Shown piece after piece: positions 19,774-30,014 of a stretch of DNA of 40,435 nt. Origin of the DNA: Candidatus Bathyarchaeia archaeon (lineage in GTDB: Archaea; Thermoproteota; Bathyarchaeia; TCS64); NCBI GenBank assembly GCA_050014495.1, contig JBEKDF010000026.1:1-40435 (forward strand), read 5' to 3'. The notes beneath the pieces are model-generated. The model had not been told where the DNA came from. It worked only from the letters and a program-made list of their open reading frames with translations, and ran no database searches. A program made the translations under genes and the position numbers. Every line of letters begins with the position of its first letter. The stretch's first letter is position 1.

Positions 19774-21234
19774 CTAAACAACACGTTGACTCGTAGAGAG
19801 CCGCTCAGCCTCTCTAACAATCTCCTCGATCCTAGTCGCGATGTCATTGTCCAACGGCTCCACTTGGTGGTCCCTCAGCTTCTCGCGAACGATCTCCTTA
19901 GCCCTCTCGATGACATCTCTACTACCCGCCTTCTCCCAGGCTTCCCTTGTGTTCCTGTCGCTTAACTTTGTTAGGTCATGTTCCTTCAAGTAGAACGTCC
20001 TCGTATGCTTTTCACCTAGGAAGTTGCCGCCTGGCCCTACTTTCCCGATCACATCCACGGCCAGCGTATCCGTGTTAACCTCTATGCCCCTCATTATCCT
20101 CTTAACCATACCAATCACCTCGTCGTCTATCACCATCTGCTCCATGCTCCCAGTGATCATCTTGTCGAGCATGCCTGCGGCGTTATGGATCAGGTTGCCT
20201 CCAGCCAGCCCCACAAGAACCTGCTGCAACGCCTTCTCGTAAGCAGCCTGGGCATCGGGTACCTTCGAGTCCGTTATCCCCGCCATCGAATAGAGGGGCA
20301 TCCCATAATACTGAGCGATCTGTGTAACGGCCACACCGAGCAGCGCGACCTCAGGGACACCAAGTATTATGCTACCGTTCCTCATATCCATAGGGCTTGA
20401 GACCGCACCATAGATCACCGGTGTGCCGGGGTTCACGAGCTGGGCAATCAGGTTCGCGCTAAGGACTTCGGCGTTCTGCTGTACAAGTGTACCAGCTAGG
20501 GTGACTGGAGCCGTTCCGCCACTAATCGATTCACATGCGAATATAATGGGGGCCTTATGCTTAGCAAGCTCGATCGCTGTCTCGGTGTTGCGGGCATCCT
20601 GAGTGAGGGGGCTTACCGTGCATAGGATGAAGGAAAAGAGTGGGTTTCTCTCCAACTCCTTCTCGCCCCCCGCCACAAGCGATGCCATCTTGAGAACATC
20701 CCTGGCACCCTCGGCGCCAAGAGCGCCAGTGAAGGAGTGCTTCACCGTTTTGTGGAGTTTTACCTGCGCGCTGTACCTGTCCCAGATCCTCTGGTTAACA
20801 TCCTGTGGGATGATGAGCCCCATGAGGAAGTCGATGTTCTCGAGGGCATCCGCCAGCCTCGTGGTTTCCTCAAGATCCCTCCTTGTAGCCGCCCTCCTCT
20901 CACCCGTCTCTAGGTCAAGCATGTAGATCCCCGAACCACCCAAGCCGAAGTAAGACCTCTTGCCCTCGATCCTCAGAGCCTTCTTAGGGTCACGCCCACA
21001 GAGCCTGATCGTCTTAGGCGCTTTCTCTACGCCCTCCATCACAAGGTAAGCGGGTATCCTCACCCTCTGGGTCTTGTAATCTACGTCAGCCCCTGCGCCG
21101 TCTAGCAGCTTAAGGGCATTCTCCTCCTTCACCTGGACTCCTGTCCTCTCGAGCACCTCAAGGGTCGCCATGTGGATCGAGTATATCTGGTCCGAGGAGA
21201 GTACCTGGAACCTCCCGCCATAGTAGTCAACCAT
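19774..21234 (-). CDS. MttB-superfamily corrinoid methyltransferase, non-pyrrolysine
   Basis: Motifs TAPVTLAGTLVQQNAE, PGTPVIYG, DSKVPDAQAAYEK, HNAAGML, GPGGNFL. No in-frame TAG. ATG at 21234 follows GTGGTG (alternative GTG at 21246). Confidence 0.93.
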   Translation of the reverse strand: MVDYYGGRFQVLSSDQIYSIHMATLEVLERTGVQVKEENALKLLDGAGADVDYKTQRVRIPAYLVMEGVEKAPKTIRLCGRDPKKALRIEGKRSYFGLGGSGIYMLDLETGERRAATRRDLEETTRLADALENIDFLMGLIIPQDVNQRIWDRYSAQVKLHKTVKHSFTGALGAEGARDVLKMASLVAGGEKELERNPLFSFILCTVSPLTQDARNTETAIELAKHKAPIIFACESISGGTAPVTLAGTLVQQNAEVLSANLIAQLVNPGTPVIYGAVSSPMDMRNGSIILGVPEVALLGVAVTQIAQYYGMPLYSMAGITDSKVPDAQAAYEKALQQVLVGLAGGNLIHNAAGMLDKMITGSMEQMVIDDEVIGMVKRIMRGIEVNTDTLAVDVIGKVGPGGNFLGEKHTRTFYLKEHDLTKLSDRNTREAWEKAGSRDVIERAKEIVREKLRDHQVEPLDNDIATRIEEIVREAERLSTSQRVV

Positions 21235-21246
21235 GTTGAACACCAC

Positions 21247-21915
21247 TCAAAGTCGCGATATGAGCCCCTGAGCAACCTTCACAGCGTCATAGGCATTCTC
21301 TGCATATGCATCGGCACCTATGTCTCTAGCCCACTTCTCTGTGACAGCTGCACCTCCGACCATCACCCTGACACTGTCCCTCAACCCCTCTTTGTTCAGA
21401 GTCTCTATGACCTCCCTCTGCATCATTATGGTCGTGGTCATCAGCGCCGAAAGCCCCAGTATGTCTGGTTTCAACTCCCTAGTTTTCTCAATGAACACGC
21501 CCGTAGGCACATCTACACCAGCGTCAAAGACCTCGAAGCCACCAACCTCGAGCATCGCCTTAAGTATATTTTTACCAATGCTGTGGACATCACCGGCGAC
21601 CGTCCCAATAAGAACCCTTCCGAGTTGCACCCTCTCCTTCTTAGACTTGATTATCTCTTTCGATAGCCTTTCCGAGACCTCCTCCATAACGTTAGCCGCG
21701 CCCACCAGCTCGGTTAGGAAGGCTTCCCCTTTACCGAACCTATCCCCAACTCTTTTCAACCCCATAGAGAAGCCCCTATCGATAATATCAACAGGATCGA
21801 CTCCAGCCTTAAGCGCCGCCTCAGTCAATTCTAGAGCCTTCTCCGAGTCAAAGTACTCCAATGACTCCGCCATTTCCTCAAAGATTCTCCCATTGATCAA
21901 AGATGTAGCCTTCAC
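21247..21915 (-). CDS. Methyltransferase cognate corrinoid protein
   Basis: B12-binding motif GDVHSIGKN, SALMTTT, VMVGGA, IGADAY. Start uncertain. Confidence 0.93.
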   Translation of the reverse strand: MKATSLINGRIFEEMAESLEYFDSEKALELTEAALKAGVDPVDIIDRGFSMGLKRVGDRFGKGEAFLTELVGAANVMEEVSERLSKEIIKSKKERVQLGRVLIGTVAGDVHSIGKNILKAMLEVGGFEVFDAGVDVPTGVFIEKTRELKPDILGLSALMTTTIMMQREVIETLNKEGLRDSVRVMVGGAAVTEKWARDIGADAYAENAYDAVKVAQGLISRL

Positions 21916-22195
21916 ATAGAACTCGACTAACCTGATTTAATCATTAATATGCGCGCGCGCAATCGCGTATATGGTGCACGTTGGATTTTCCGTTAGTTCA
22001 AATCTCACCGCTTAGAGTGCATGCACATTCATTCGCCTAGGAAACATTTAGCGGTCTTGGCATAGCTTTTCACTTACTAGCTTACCTGTTGACTGAAATG
22101 AGCATTAACTTCACTCTTACACAACGCGACTGCATATCAGAAAAACAATTTAACTTTTTTCAAAATTATTAAGTAATCTCCTTGCGAGTCTTGCC

Positions 22196-23440
22196 CTACT
22201 CAAATTTCTTAAAGACCTTGGCGAGTGGAACATGTACAATATCCGAACGGAAATGCTGTGGACCCCACAGCTTAAGGCCCATCGGCGTTTCCCACCTATC
22301 ATCGGTCTTAACTCCAATCACCGCGACTTTTCTGCCGGCTTCCCACTCAGCAGGCCAAAAGTTCTGAAGACCCCAACCTGTTTCCACATCGACAATATTA
22401 ACACCGTCCGGGCTCGTAACATATGGCTTGCCGTCGAGCCATGATAGTTGATTCTCGTTCTTGTACCATATCTTCATATCATGTCCGGCATAGGCGCCAG
22501 TACCCTTAATTTTTGAGACTCCCCATATGAAGCTGAACTTACCCTCCTGCCAGTAGTCAAATATCTCTCCCTCGAACAGTTTGAAGCCGATGGGGCCCAG
22601 TGCTTTTAGCATCGCCTCGACTGGACTCTTCTTAGATTTAACAGCCCCCCGAACCTCCTTACCAACCTTCATAGCAAGGGACTGTGTACCTGGGAAGGCT
22701 GCCTTCTTTAGGTCCGATCCTCTGACAGCGTGTACGCCCCTCGTTGTACCACCAGAGTAGGTTGATATGCCCTCGACTATCTCTTCCATACGCTGGAAAC
22801 ACAGAGTCTCCTCGAGGACCAGCATATCCCCCCACATGGTTGTGAACACAGCTGGCGTGCATGGGACATTCGTTAGGTTCAGACCGTTCTGTGAAATCTC
22901 AGGGGCTGCCCTGTTGCCCGCGACCGTTGCATCAATGAAGGGCTTATCCTTTCTCGCTAAGCTCACCAAGAGCCTGAGGAAGGCAGGGGCGATCTCGAAC
23001 TGTATGTGGGAGTATGGCTCCCCTCCGATGAGTTCTTTGAGTTTTGTGTCTCCTCTCTCATTATAGTCCGGGCTAGGCATCTTCGACCATGTATTGAGTG
23101 GACACCACTCACGGTCGGCCTGCATTATTTGATCCTTGATCCTTGCGGCTTGGTCCACGGAGTAATGGAAATCTCTGGCCAACCTCTGCCTAGGGTTGGC
23201 TGAGAACTTTTCCATCATTTCGGTCTGGATACCACCACCAGTTCCACAGTCGGAGAAAACAATCGCGTCATCGTGGATCTCCTTAAGCTCAACGAATCCA
23301 AGTTTATGGCCCTCATCAAGAACTGGCTGGATTGTCTTATCCACGGTCTCTAGGGAGGGAGCTACCTGGCCTCCGCCGGTTGAAAGAGTCGTGCAACCAA
23401 ACATGTAGTTGAGTACATCTTCCTTACTTAGATACCTCAA
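22196..23440 (-). CDS. DUF917 family protein
   Basis: GCTTLSTGGG N-terminal motif, RAAPEI, WYKNENQ, SPDGVNIVD and C-terminal GPQHF. Confidence 0.8.
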   Translation of the reverse strand: MRYLSKEDVLNYMFGCTTLSTGGGQVAPSLETVDKTIQPVLDEGHKLGFVELKEIHDDAIVFSDCGTGGGIQTEMMEKFSANPRQRLARDFHYSVDQAARIKDQIMQADREWCPLNTWSKMPSPDYNERGDTKLKELIGGEPYSHIQFEIAPAFLRLLVSLARKDKPFIDATVAGNRAAPEISQNGLNLTNVPCTPAVFTTMWGDMLVLEETLCFQRMEEIVEGISTYSGGTTRGVHAVRGSDLKKAAFPGTQSLAMKVGKEVRGAVKSKKSPVEAMLKALGPIGFKLFEGEIFDYWQEGKFSFIWGVSKIKGTGAYAGHDMKIWYKNENQLSWLDGKPYVTSPDGVNIVDVETGWGLQNFWPAEWEAGRKVAVIGVKTDDRWETPMGLKLWGPQHFRSDIVHVPLAKVFKKFE

Positions 23441-23580
23441 ATCAATTCCCCCGAATAGAATTGAACTTTAACGGAATAAAAAAATATGCTATTATAACAT
23501 GTGTGCTGTTAATAGATAGGGTGAAATGGACTTTCAAAGCCTTTACAAGTCTCCCTTCCTGAGAACTCAACCGCCGTGAG

Positions 23581-23763
23581 CGATTAAATATCAAACTAAG
23601 TTATGATAAATTCAAACGCAATAAGTAAACACAAGTTATACAATAGAAGATAGAAGCAGCAAAAACAGTTATTCCGTTAAAACAGTCTTAATATTCACAT
23701 CTTTTATTTTTATATAAAAGAGCCGGGCGATAGAAGTATTCAACCGTTTTAATTTATCATAAA
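23581..23763 (+). repeat. att-like repeat, copy A (partial: 162-bp inverted-repeat-bounded module only)
   Basis: Ungapped hand alignment of 23601-23762 gives 132/162 identity to copy B and 123/162 to copy C. Confidence 0.9.
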
Positions 23764-23916
23764 CGCGCGCGCAGCGGCTAGTGTGACGATTGCGGCTGTC
23801 TATTACATGTTCACGCGCGCACAGTTCCCATCGGGGCGCGGGTGAACCTTCTCCGAATAGTGATATTGATTTAAAACGCCGTGATTGGTAACATAACTTT
23901 GAGAAGGTGAAGATGT

Positions 23917-24132
23917 TTGGAAAAATCTGAGACTAAGAAGATGTTAGAGAACGCTGTAAAGGTTACAGCCTCAATCAGACCTGATATGGAGGAGCTTTTA
24001 GGCATTCAAGCGAAGATAATGTGGGCTTATTATAACCAGCTCAAAAATGAAGGTTTCACGGATGATCAATCGTTTGAACTGGTAAAAAATGCGGCACCCA
24101 AACAGTTAGAGGTAAAACTCAAGAAACAGTAA
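23917..24132 (+). CDS. Small hypothetical protein (YxxLxxEGFTxDQ motif)
   Basis: 71 aa, AGGTGA ribosome-binding site and TTTAAAA box upstream. Confidence 0.7.
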   Translation: MEKSETKKMLENAVKVTASIRPDMEELLGIQAKIMWAYYNQLKNEGFTDDQSFELVKNAAPKQLEVKLKKQ

Positions 24133-24212
24133 TAGTGGAAAACATGTGGGGGTTCGCTAGTTTTTCTTTTCTCTCAATAGCCTTATCCTCACTTCCACCT
24201 GCTACTCAACCA

Positions 24213-24284
24213 TTACTTGATTGGCTGACCTACCTCCAGTCAGTGTCATACATCGCTGGAGCCTTAGGAGTAACAGTAGCCTCC
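24213..24284 (+). pseudogene. N-terminal remnant of the Bathyarchaeia-expanded 'LQSVSYIAGALGV' (DUF4760-like) membrane-anchored family
   Basis: Translation LLDWLTYLQSVSYIAGALGVTVAS recalled as resembling this family's N-terminus; the rest is missing. Confidence 0.55.
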
Positions 24285-24340
24285 GCTACCTGGCCCAAGA
24301 GCTTCATAAGCACCCGGACCCGATCCATAAATCGATCAAC

Positions 24341-25084
24341 TTGTACTCTGAATCTCACTGCCACCTCGGCGACATGAGCCCCGAAGACGTGAAGAGAGCC
24401 GAGGATGCACAACTCGCCCTCATGATAACTATGGGCTTGGATGAGGCATCCACAAACATCGCGTTGAAGCTGGCGAAGAGGCACCCAAGCATACGATTAA
24501 GCCTCGCAGTTCACCCCTGGTACAGCGATGAGTTAACTGAAGAGACTCGAAAGATGTTCCTGAGGCTCGCCAAGAACCCTGAGGTGGTCGCCATAGGGGA
24601 GACGGGTCTAGACTATACGGGGAGGATGAGTCACCAGTGGGTCAAGGAGGAGAAGTATGTGGATAAGGAGACTCAGATGGCGACGTTCCGCGCCCATGTA
24701 GGGCTCGCGAGGGAGCTGAGCCTCCCGGTCATCGTTCACGACAGGGCGCCGGGACAGGAGGTCCTAGACCTCCTCGAGGAGGAGGGCGCGGCGAAGACCG
24801 GGGTCATAATCCACGGCTTCTCCAAGGATAGGACGTATGCGCTGCGATGTGAGAGACTCGGAATCTACCTCTCCCTCGGGCTCAGGACCCTTCAGGCGCC
24901 TCCCCCCGGTTTCGAGGAGACAGTAAAGCACACCCCCATGAGGCTTATTGTCACTGAGACCGATTCCAATAAGCCCTGGGAGGTTGTGAAGGCCTGTGAG
25001 ATCGTTGGTAGAATGAAGGGTCTTACCATGGAGGAGGTCGGCTCCGCTGCGACGGGGAACCTCCGTCGACTCACTAAGCAATAG
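24341..25084 (+). CDS. TatD family metal-dependent hydrolase
   Basis: Motifs ESHCHL, AVHPW, AIGETGLDY, IVHDR, IIHGF and VTETDS. TTG at 24341 places HxH at the N-terminus. Confidence 0.92.
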   Translation: MYSESHCHLGDMSPEDVKRAEDAQLALMITMGLDEASTNIALKLAKRHPSIRLSLAVHPWYSDELTEETRKMFLRLAKNPEVVAIGETGLDYTGRMSHQWVKEEKYVDKETQMATFRAHVGLARELSLPVIVHDRAPGQEVLDLLEEEGAAKTGVIIHGFSKDRTYALRCERLGIYLSLGLRTLQAPPPGFEETVKHTPMRLIVTETDSNKPWEVVKACEIVGRMKGLTMEEVGSAATGNLRRLTKQ

Positions 25085-25379
25085 TTCTCGTCGTTTCAGC
25101 GTGCGCCCCTTGTGTTTTTGCTATAGCCTCATCCTCGGCTCCATCTTAGTAACTAACCTCTAGAAGTCAGTTATGACCGGCACACAGACGATCGTGAAGG
25201 ACCACAAGTAATAAAATATATTAAAATAAACTATTATTTAACTAACTATCTCACGTTTTCTTACAGATTTGCGCGCGCACTCAAGAAAAACTGGACAAAG
25301 CATTCGAAGAACTCGATACGGGCACATTCATCAAAACCAAAAAGCTAGTAAAACCATATTGATGCATGAGACACGCGCG

Positions 25380-25658
25380 CGTGGTTACTTCACCTCAAGG
25401 TTTGATGGCTCCCCGCCTGAACGCTGGGCCACCGACTTTGAGGAGTGGCTTACTGATAAGGTGGAGAAGGGAGACAACAAGTCTCTGTTCGACTATCGAA
25501 GTAAGGCCCCGCACCCAAAGAAAACCCAACCCCGACCTAACCACATAACGCCTCTGATGGTAGCGGTTGGTGCAGCGGGCATTGATGCTCCTGGGATAAA
25601 GATACAGGGTAGCTGGACATGGGGCGACCTAAGACTGGGTGCTTACCAATTCGAATAA
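25380..25658 (+). pseudogene. C-terminal remnant of a LigB/YgiD-type extradiol dioxygenase
   Basis: WATDFEEWL...DYRSKAPH...PNHITPLMVAVGAAG; the N-terminal two thirds are missing. Confidence 0.8.
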
Positions 25659-25751
25659 TCTTACACACGCGCAACAAGTTTTGAATTCAACGAACACAAC
25701 AGTAACAACAGGTGAGAGGAGACGGGTATAGACGGATCAGACATCTACCAG

Positions 25752-26825
25752 GTGACAGAGTGCCCCATCCCATCAGCTTCAAGAAATCATCACGAGGGGC
25801 TGGATTCACTCCTGAGCCTGATGGCTAGCAACGGCTTAAAATTCTACAAGACACAGAGAGCGGCGGACCTCGGCGGAGAAGACGGGCTAATCGGCAGATC
25901 CGATGTGGTCCTCCTGAAGATCAACGCGCAGTGGAAGTACAGGGGCTGCACAAACACTGACGTCGCCAGGGGACTCGTCCAGAGGATCCTGGAGCACCCC
26001 GACGGCTTCGAAGGCGAGGTAGTCTTCATCGAGAACGGGCAGGGCGGCGGGAGCCTGGAATGCGCCTCCACGTGGGGTGGGCAATACCCGGACGCTAGCG
26101 TCCACGCGAACGCGGAGGACGAGAGCCACAGCTACTCATTCATCGTCGACGAGGTATTCGCGGACAGAAGGGTGTCGAAGTATCTGCTTGATCCGATCCG
26201 CGGAACCTTCATCTCCGGAGACGACCACGCGACCGACGGCTACAGGAAGCTGAATCCAGTATCCTACCCCTGCTTCACCACCGCAAAGGGCAACAGGGTC
26301 GAGCTGAGGGAGGGCATATGGAACGGCGAAGGCTACAACAATAACCTGAAGCTCATCACGGTGCCGGTGCTGAAGCACCACATGGGCTGCGGCATCACCG
26401 GCGCCCTAAAGGTCTTCTACGGGGTGCTATCCATGATGGACGGTGGATCCAGTCAGCGCCACTACGATAAACTGGGTCTGCACTGTGGCACAATGATCGC
26501 CAGGGTCAGGGCGCCGACGCTGAGTATCCTGGACTGCACCTGGGTCTCAGCGGGCTCACTGTCGGGCTACCCCGCCGAGACGACCACTAGACTCGACCAG
26601 CTACTGGCAAGCCGTGACCCGGTCGCTCTGGACTACTGGGGCTCCAAACACCTGCTATACCCCATAGACAACAACAAGGAGCATAACCCCGACGAGTTCG
26701 ATGTTCTCCACGACCACCTCGCCCAGGCCTGTGGGGTAATCAACTCCGCCGGCGGAATCCATGGGAATAGGGTGACCATGGAGGAGAGCGACATGCGCAT
26801 CCACAGCACACGTGGCTGCAAGTAG
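25752..26825 (+). CDS. DUF362 domain protein (possibly N-terminally truncated)
   Basis: Motifs VLLKIN, TNTDV, VPVLKHH, ITGALK and ASRDPVALD. Confidence 0.82.
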   Translation: MTECPIPSASRNHHEGLDSLLSLMASNGLKFYKTQRAADLGGEDGLIGRSDVVLLKINAQWKYRGCTNTDVARGLVQRILEHPDGFEGEVVFIENGQGGGSLECASTWGGQYPDASVHANAEDESHSYSFIVDEVFADRRVSKYLLDPIRGTFISGDDHATDGYRKLNPVSYPCFTTAKGNRVELREGIWNGEGYNNNLKLITVPVLKHHMGCGITGALKVFYGVLSMMDGGSSQRHYDKLGLHCGTMIARVRAPTLSILDCTWVSAGSLSGYPAETTTRLDQLLASRDPVALDYWGSKHLLYPIDNNKEHNPDEFDVLHDHLAQACGVINSAGGIHGNRVTMEESDMRIHSTRGCK

Positions 26826-26885
26826 CATTGCGTGTACACCCGGGTAATTCTTTTCAACATGATTCAATTAATCAAGGATTAGGGG

Positions 26886-27902
26886 ATGATGGAAGTGAAC
26901 TATCGTAGATTGGGGAAAACCGGGCTCAAGGTCTCAGAGATCGGGTTCGGCTGCGGCAATATAGGCGGCTTAATCATCCGAGGGACCCACCAAGATCAGT
27001 TAAACGCCGTCAAGAAGGCCTTGGCGACGGGCATCAACTACTTCGATACCGCCCCAAGCTACGGCGACGGAAGATCAGAGACCCACCTCGGCGACGTGCT
27101 CTCTGAACTCAACCCCGACATCATCCTCGCTACCAAGGTCGGCCTCACACTCGAGGACATGAGAGACGTAAAGGGAGCAGTGCAACGGTCAGTAGATGAG
27201 AGCCTGAGGCGGCTACGACGAAGCAGCGTCGACGTGCTCCAGCTTCACTCCAGGGTGGCATTGACGCGGAGCAGCGCGCCCTGGACAGGCGCATTAAGCG
27301 TCGAAGACGTCATCGAGGATAACGGCGTCGCAGATGCATTCGAAGCCGTCCGCTCTCAAGGCCTGACGCGCTTCATAGGCTTAACCGGCATCGGCGAAGC
27401 CGAGGCGCTACACAGGATCGTGGACAGCGGCCGATTCGACGTTCTGCAGGCTTACTATAACCTGCTGAATCCAAGCGCGGGGTGGAGCGTACCCAACGGA
27501 TTCAAGGGATACGACTTCAAATCAATCATGGATAAGGCAGCGGCGCGGGGCATGGGCGTGGCAGCGATCCGTGTGATGGCTGCGGGGGCCCTCGGAGGCA
27601 TCGAAGCCCGCGCCGGCTACGCTTCACCCACAGTTGGGGGGCCGCTAGTACCCAGCTCGGAGTATGAAAAAGATGAGGCCGCCGCGAGCCGCCTTAGTTT
27701 CCTAGTGTTTGGAGATGTTAAGAGCCTGCCTCAGGCTGCACTGAGATTCGTGTTGATGCACCCGGCGGTCTCGGTGGCTCTCGTAGGCTTCTCCAACCTC
27801 AGGCAAATAGAGGAGGCAGCCGAGTGCTCAGGAGCCGAGCCCCTCCCTAAGTCTCACTTGGATCGTCTGAAGAAAATTTGGGGTGAACTACCCATGACTT
27901 AA
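26886..27902 (+). CDS. Aldo/keto reductase
   Basis: Motifs LGKTGLKVSEIGFG, FDTAPSYGDG, ATKVG and VDVLQLH. Confidence 0.94.
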   Translation: MMEVNYRRLGKTGLKVSEIGFGCGNIGGLIIRGTHQDQLNAVKKALATGINYFDTAPSYGDGRSETHLGDVLSELNPDIILATKVGLTLEDMRDVKGAVQRSVDESLRRLRRSSVDVLQLHSRVALTRSSAPWTGALSVEDVIEDNGVADAFEAVRSQGLTRFIGLTGIGEAEALHRIVDSGRFDVLQAYYNLLNPSAGWSVPNGFKGYDFKSIMDKAAARGMGVAAIRVMAAGALGGIEARAGYASPTVGGPLVPSSEYEKDEAAASRLSFLVFGDVKSLPQAALRFVLMHPAVSVALVGFSNLRQIEEAAECSGAEPLPKSHLDRLKKIWGELPMT

Positions 27903-27914
27903 GTCATGCATACT

Positions 27915-27972
27915 CCATTTGATATTATCATAAATACCTAAATATTAGCAATAATTTGCCTAAATATTGCTT
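27915..27972 (+). repeat. att-like repeat, copy D (right inverted-repeat arm plus 11-bp repeats only)
   Basis: TTTGATATTATCATAAATACCTAAA...CTAAATATTGCTT matches 29470-29524. Confidence 0.85.
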
Positions 27973-28337
27973 AAAAACAAATTACATGGGAATTTTAAGA
28001 GATTAAATAAAGTCTTGCCCTCCAAAGTGGAAGTTTTTCTGTTACTGCAAATGCATTTCGATATACAAGGCCCTTTTCGATTGCGGGATGGGCGTGCACG
28101 GGTTTTCCGAGGTGGTGCATTGAGGCTGAGTATCTAAGTGATCGAATCCTTGAGTATGGGAGGGAGCGTCCGGAGGTCCAGATTGTTCCCAACCTTAACA
28201 CAGCCTCAGCGATTTCAAGATCCTGATTCAATAATCTTATCCTCACTTCCACCTGATACTCACCAATGAAAATGATGGCGCCACCCTCAAGTCGCACCCA
28301 TTAAATCTCTGACGCCACCCATACATCCCGATAAGCC

Positions 28338-29195
28338 ATGCCGAAAGCATCCAGACTAGGAGAAATCGCCTCTGACCCAAAGGTTGAGAAGATCCTCAGC
28401 GGATTCCAGTTCACGGAAGGACCTCTCTGGGATGACGGGAGACTTCTCTTCTCAGACATACCCGCAAGCACCATCTACAGCTGGAAGCCCGGTGTCAAGC
28501 ACGCCGAAGTCTACCGGAGACCAAGCGGCCACAGCAACGGGCTCACCCTAGACAGGTGTGGCCGCCTCATAGCCTGCGAGCACGACAGGCGCCTGACCCG
28601 CACCGAGCGGGACGGCACCCTGAAAGTACTCGCCGAAAGCTACGACGGCAGGAGGCTCAACAGCCCTAACGACGTCGTGGTGGCGAGGAACGGTGCCATC
28701 TATTTCACAGACCCACCATACGGCCTCAACGATGAGCTGGAGGGAAAAGAGCTGCCCTATCAGGGAGTCTACAGGCTGGGAGTCCGCGGGAAGCTGACTC
28801 TCTTAGACGACACCTTCGACCGCCCAAACGGCCTCGCCTTCAGCCCAGACGAGTCTAGGCTATATGTAGATGATACGGCGCGGCGTCACATCCGGGTCTT
28901 CGATGTACAGAGAAACGGATCCTTATGTAACGGCATGATCTTCGCGGAGCTTAGGGGTGCTAAGCCGGGAAACCCCGATGGTATGAAGGTCGATGTTCAC
29001 GGCAACGTCTACTGCACTGGCTCCGGTGGCGTCTGGGTAATCAACCCATCCGGTGAGGCGCTCGGCGTCATCGAAACCCCTGAGGTCTCCTCGAACGTCG
29101 CGTGGGGTGACGCTGATTTCAAGACTCTATACATTACTGCGCAGACCAGTGTCTACAGGGTAAGGACAGCGACAGGTGGCCTCCCACTAACCTAA
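28338..29195 (+). CDS. SMP-30/gluconolactonase/LRE family protein
   Basis: Motifs FTEGPLW, LNSPND, YFTDPPYG, PNGLAFSPD and PDGMKVD. Confidence 0.94.
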   Translation: MPKASRLGEIASDPKVEKILSGFQFTEGPLWDDGRLLFSDIPASTIYSWKPGVKHAEVYRRPSGHSNGLTLDRCGRLIACEHDRRLTRTERDGTLKVLAESYDGRRLNSPNDVVVARNGAIYFTDPPYGLNDELEGKELPYQGVYRLGVRGKLTLLDDTFDRPNGLAFSPDESRLYVDDTARRHIRVFDVQRNGSLCNGMIFAELRGAKPGNPDGMKVDVHGNVYCTGSGGVWVINPSGEALGVIETPEVSSNVAWGDADFKTLYITAQTSVYRVRTATGGLPLT

Positions 29196-29238
29196 TCTCG
29201 TACGTCTATCTTAAACTTAGAGTAAACTCACTTGCTTA

Positions 29239-29524
29239 TTACTGTTCGAGAAACAGTCATTTTATCGAGTAGAAGGTGGGTTACGGCCGGTCCACTCGAG
29301 CACGATTTTTACATCGAACTAAGTTATGATAAATTCAAACATGATTTGTAAACGCTGCATATATGATAGAAGATAGAAGCAACGAAAACGGTTATTAAGT
29401 TAAAACAGCCAACGGATTCACATCTTTTAGTTTTAAATAAAAAAGCCGGGCGATAGAAGCATTCAACCGTTTGATATTATCATAAATACCTAAAAATTGC
29501 CTAAAAAATAACTAAATATTGCTT
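29239..29524 (+). repeat. att-like repeat, copy B (full length, with rnpB 3'-end homology at 29271-29290)
   Basis: Hairpin ACTGTT-N5-AACAGT, core AGAAGGTGGGTTACGGCCGG, inverted repeats at 29324 and 29468, 11-bp repeats from 29487. Confidence 0.92.
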
Positions 29525-30014
29525 ATAAATTGCTTATTCGCGCACGCTTGAGCTGCTTATACTATATCCCATCCCATCTGTAGGCCTGTGGCTCCTCGCA
29601 TCCGCTGACGTAGAATCTCCTCAGGGCGGGGGAATGAAGGACTTCAACTTTTTAGGCGAGGGTGCGCTGGTTCACTGATAAAAGAATAGGCACGAACCAC
29701 GAGATGAGGGGGGAGTAAAAGAGGCGCGTGCGCGCGATTATGTAAGAGCTTGGGAGTGCACCTTGACTTTCAGAGATGAAAGATTCCCGAGTGCACCGAA
29801 TCCCCTGAAACCGAGAGAACAGAATTGGCTTCACAGAGTTCAGAGGCTAAAACAATCGTTTTCAAATGTGGGAGCGTAGGCGTGTCTAGACTGAATTTAC
29901 TGTGTTAGCATACTCTATTGGAATCTGGGGAGCCCTTGAGAACTTAGCTAGTTCTTCTGCTCGAGGGTTTGAACCAGAAATATATATTCTACTCCCTTAC
30001 TCAAAACTCTTAGA

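Noticed and set aside
23601..23762. 162-bp inverted-repeat-bounded module as a simple MITE
   Set aside because: Conservation extends well outside the inverted repeats on both sides in copies B, C and D, and no target-site duplication flanks them.
24221..24340. N-terminal extension of TatD
   Set aside because: It overlaps an unrelated remnant in another frame; TTG at 24341 gives the canonical start.
25269..25658. Intact 129-aa gene
   Set aside because: Only the portion after about 25380 resembles a dioxygenase C-terminus; the N-terminal part is unrelated spacer sequence.
29324..29485. Repeat as a conserved protein-coding fragment (gapless alignment)
   Set aside because: The frames I translated hit early stops and give no shared long ORF across the copies.
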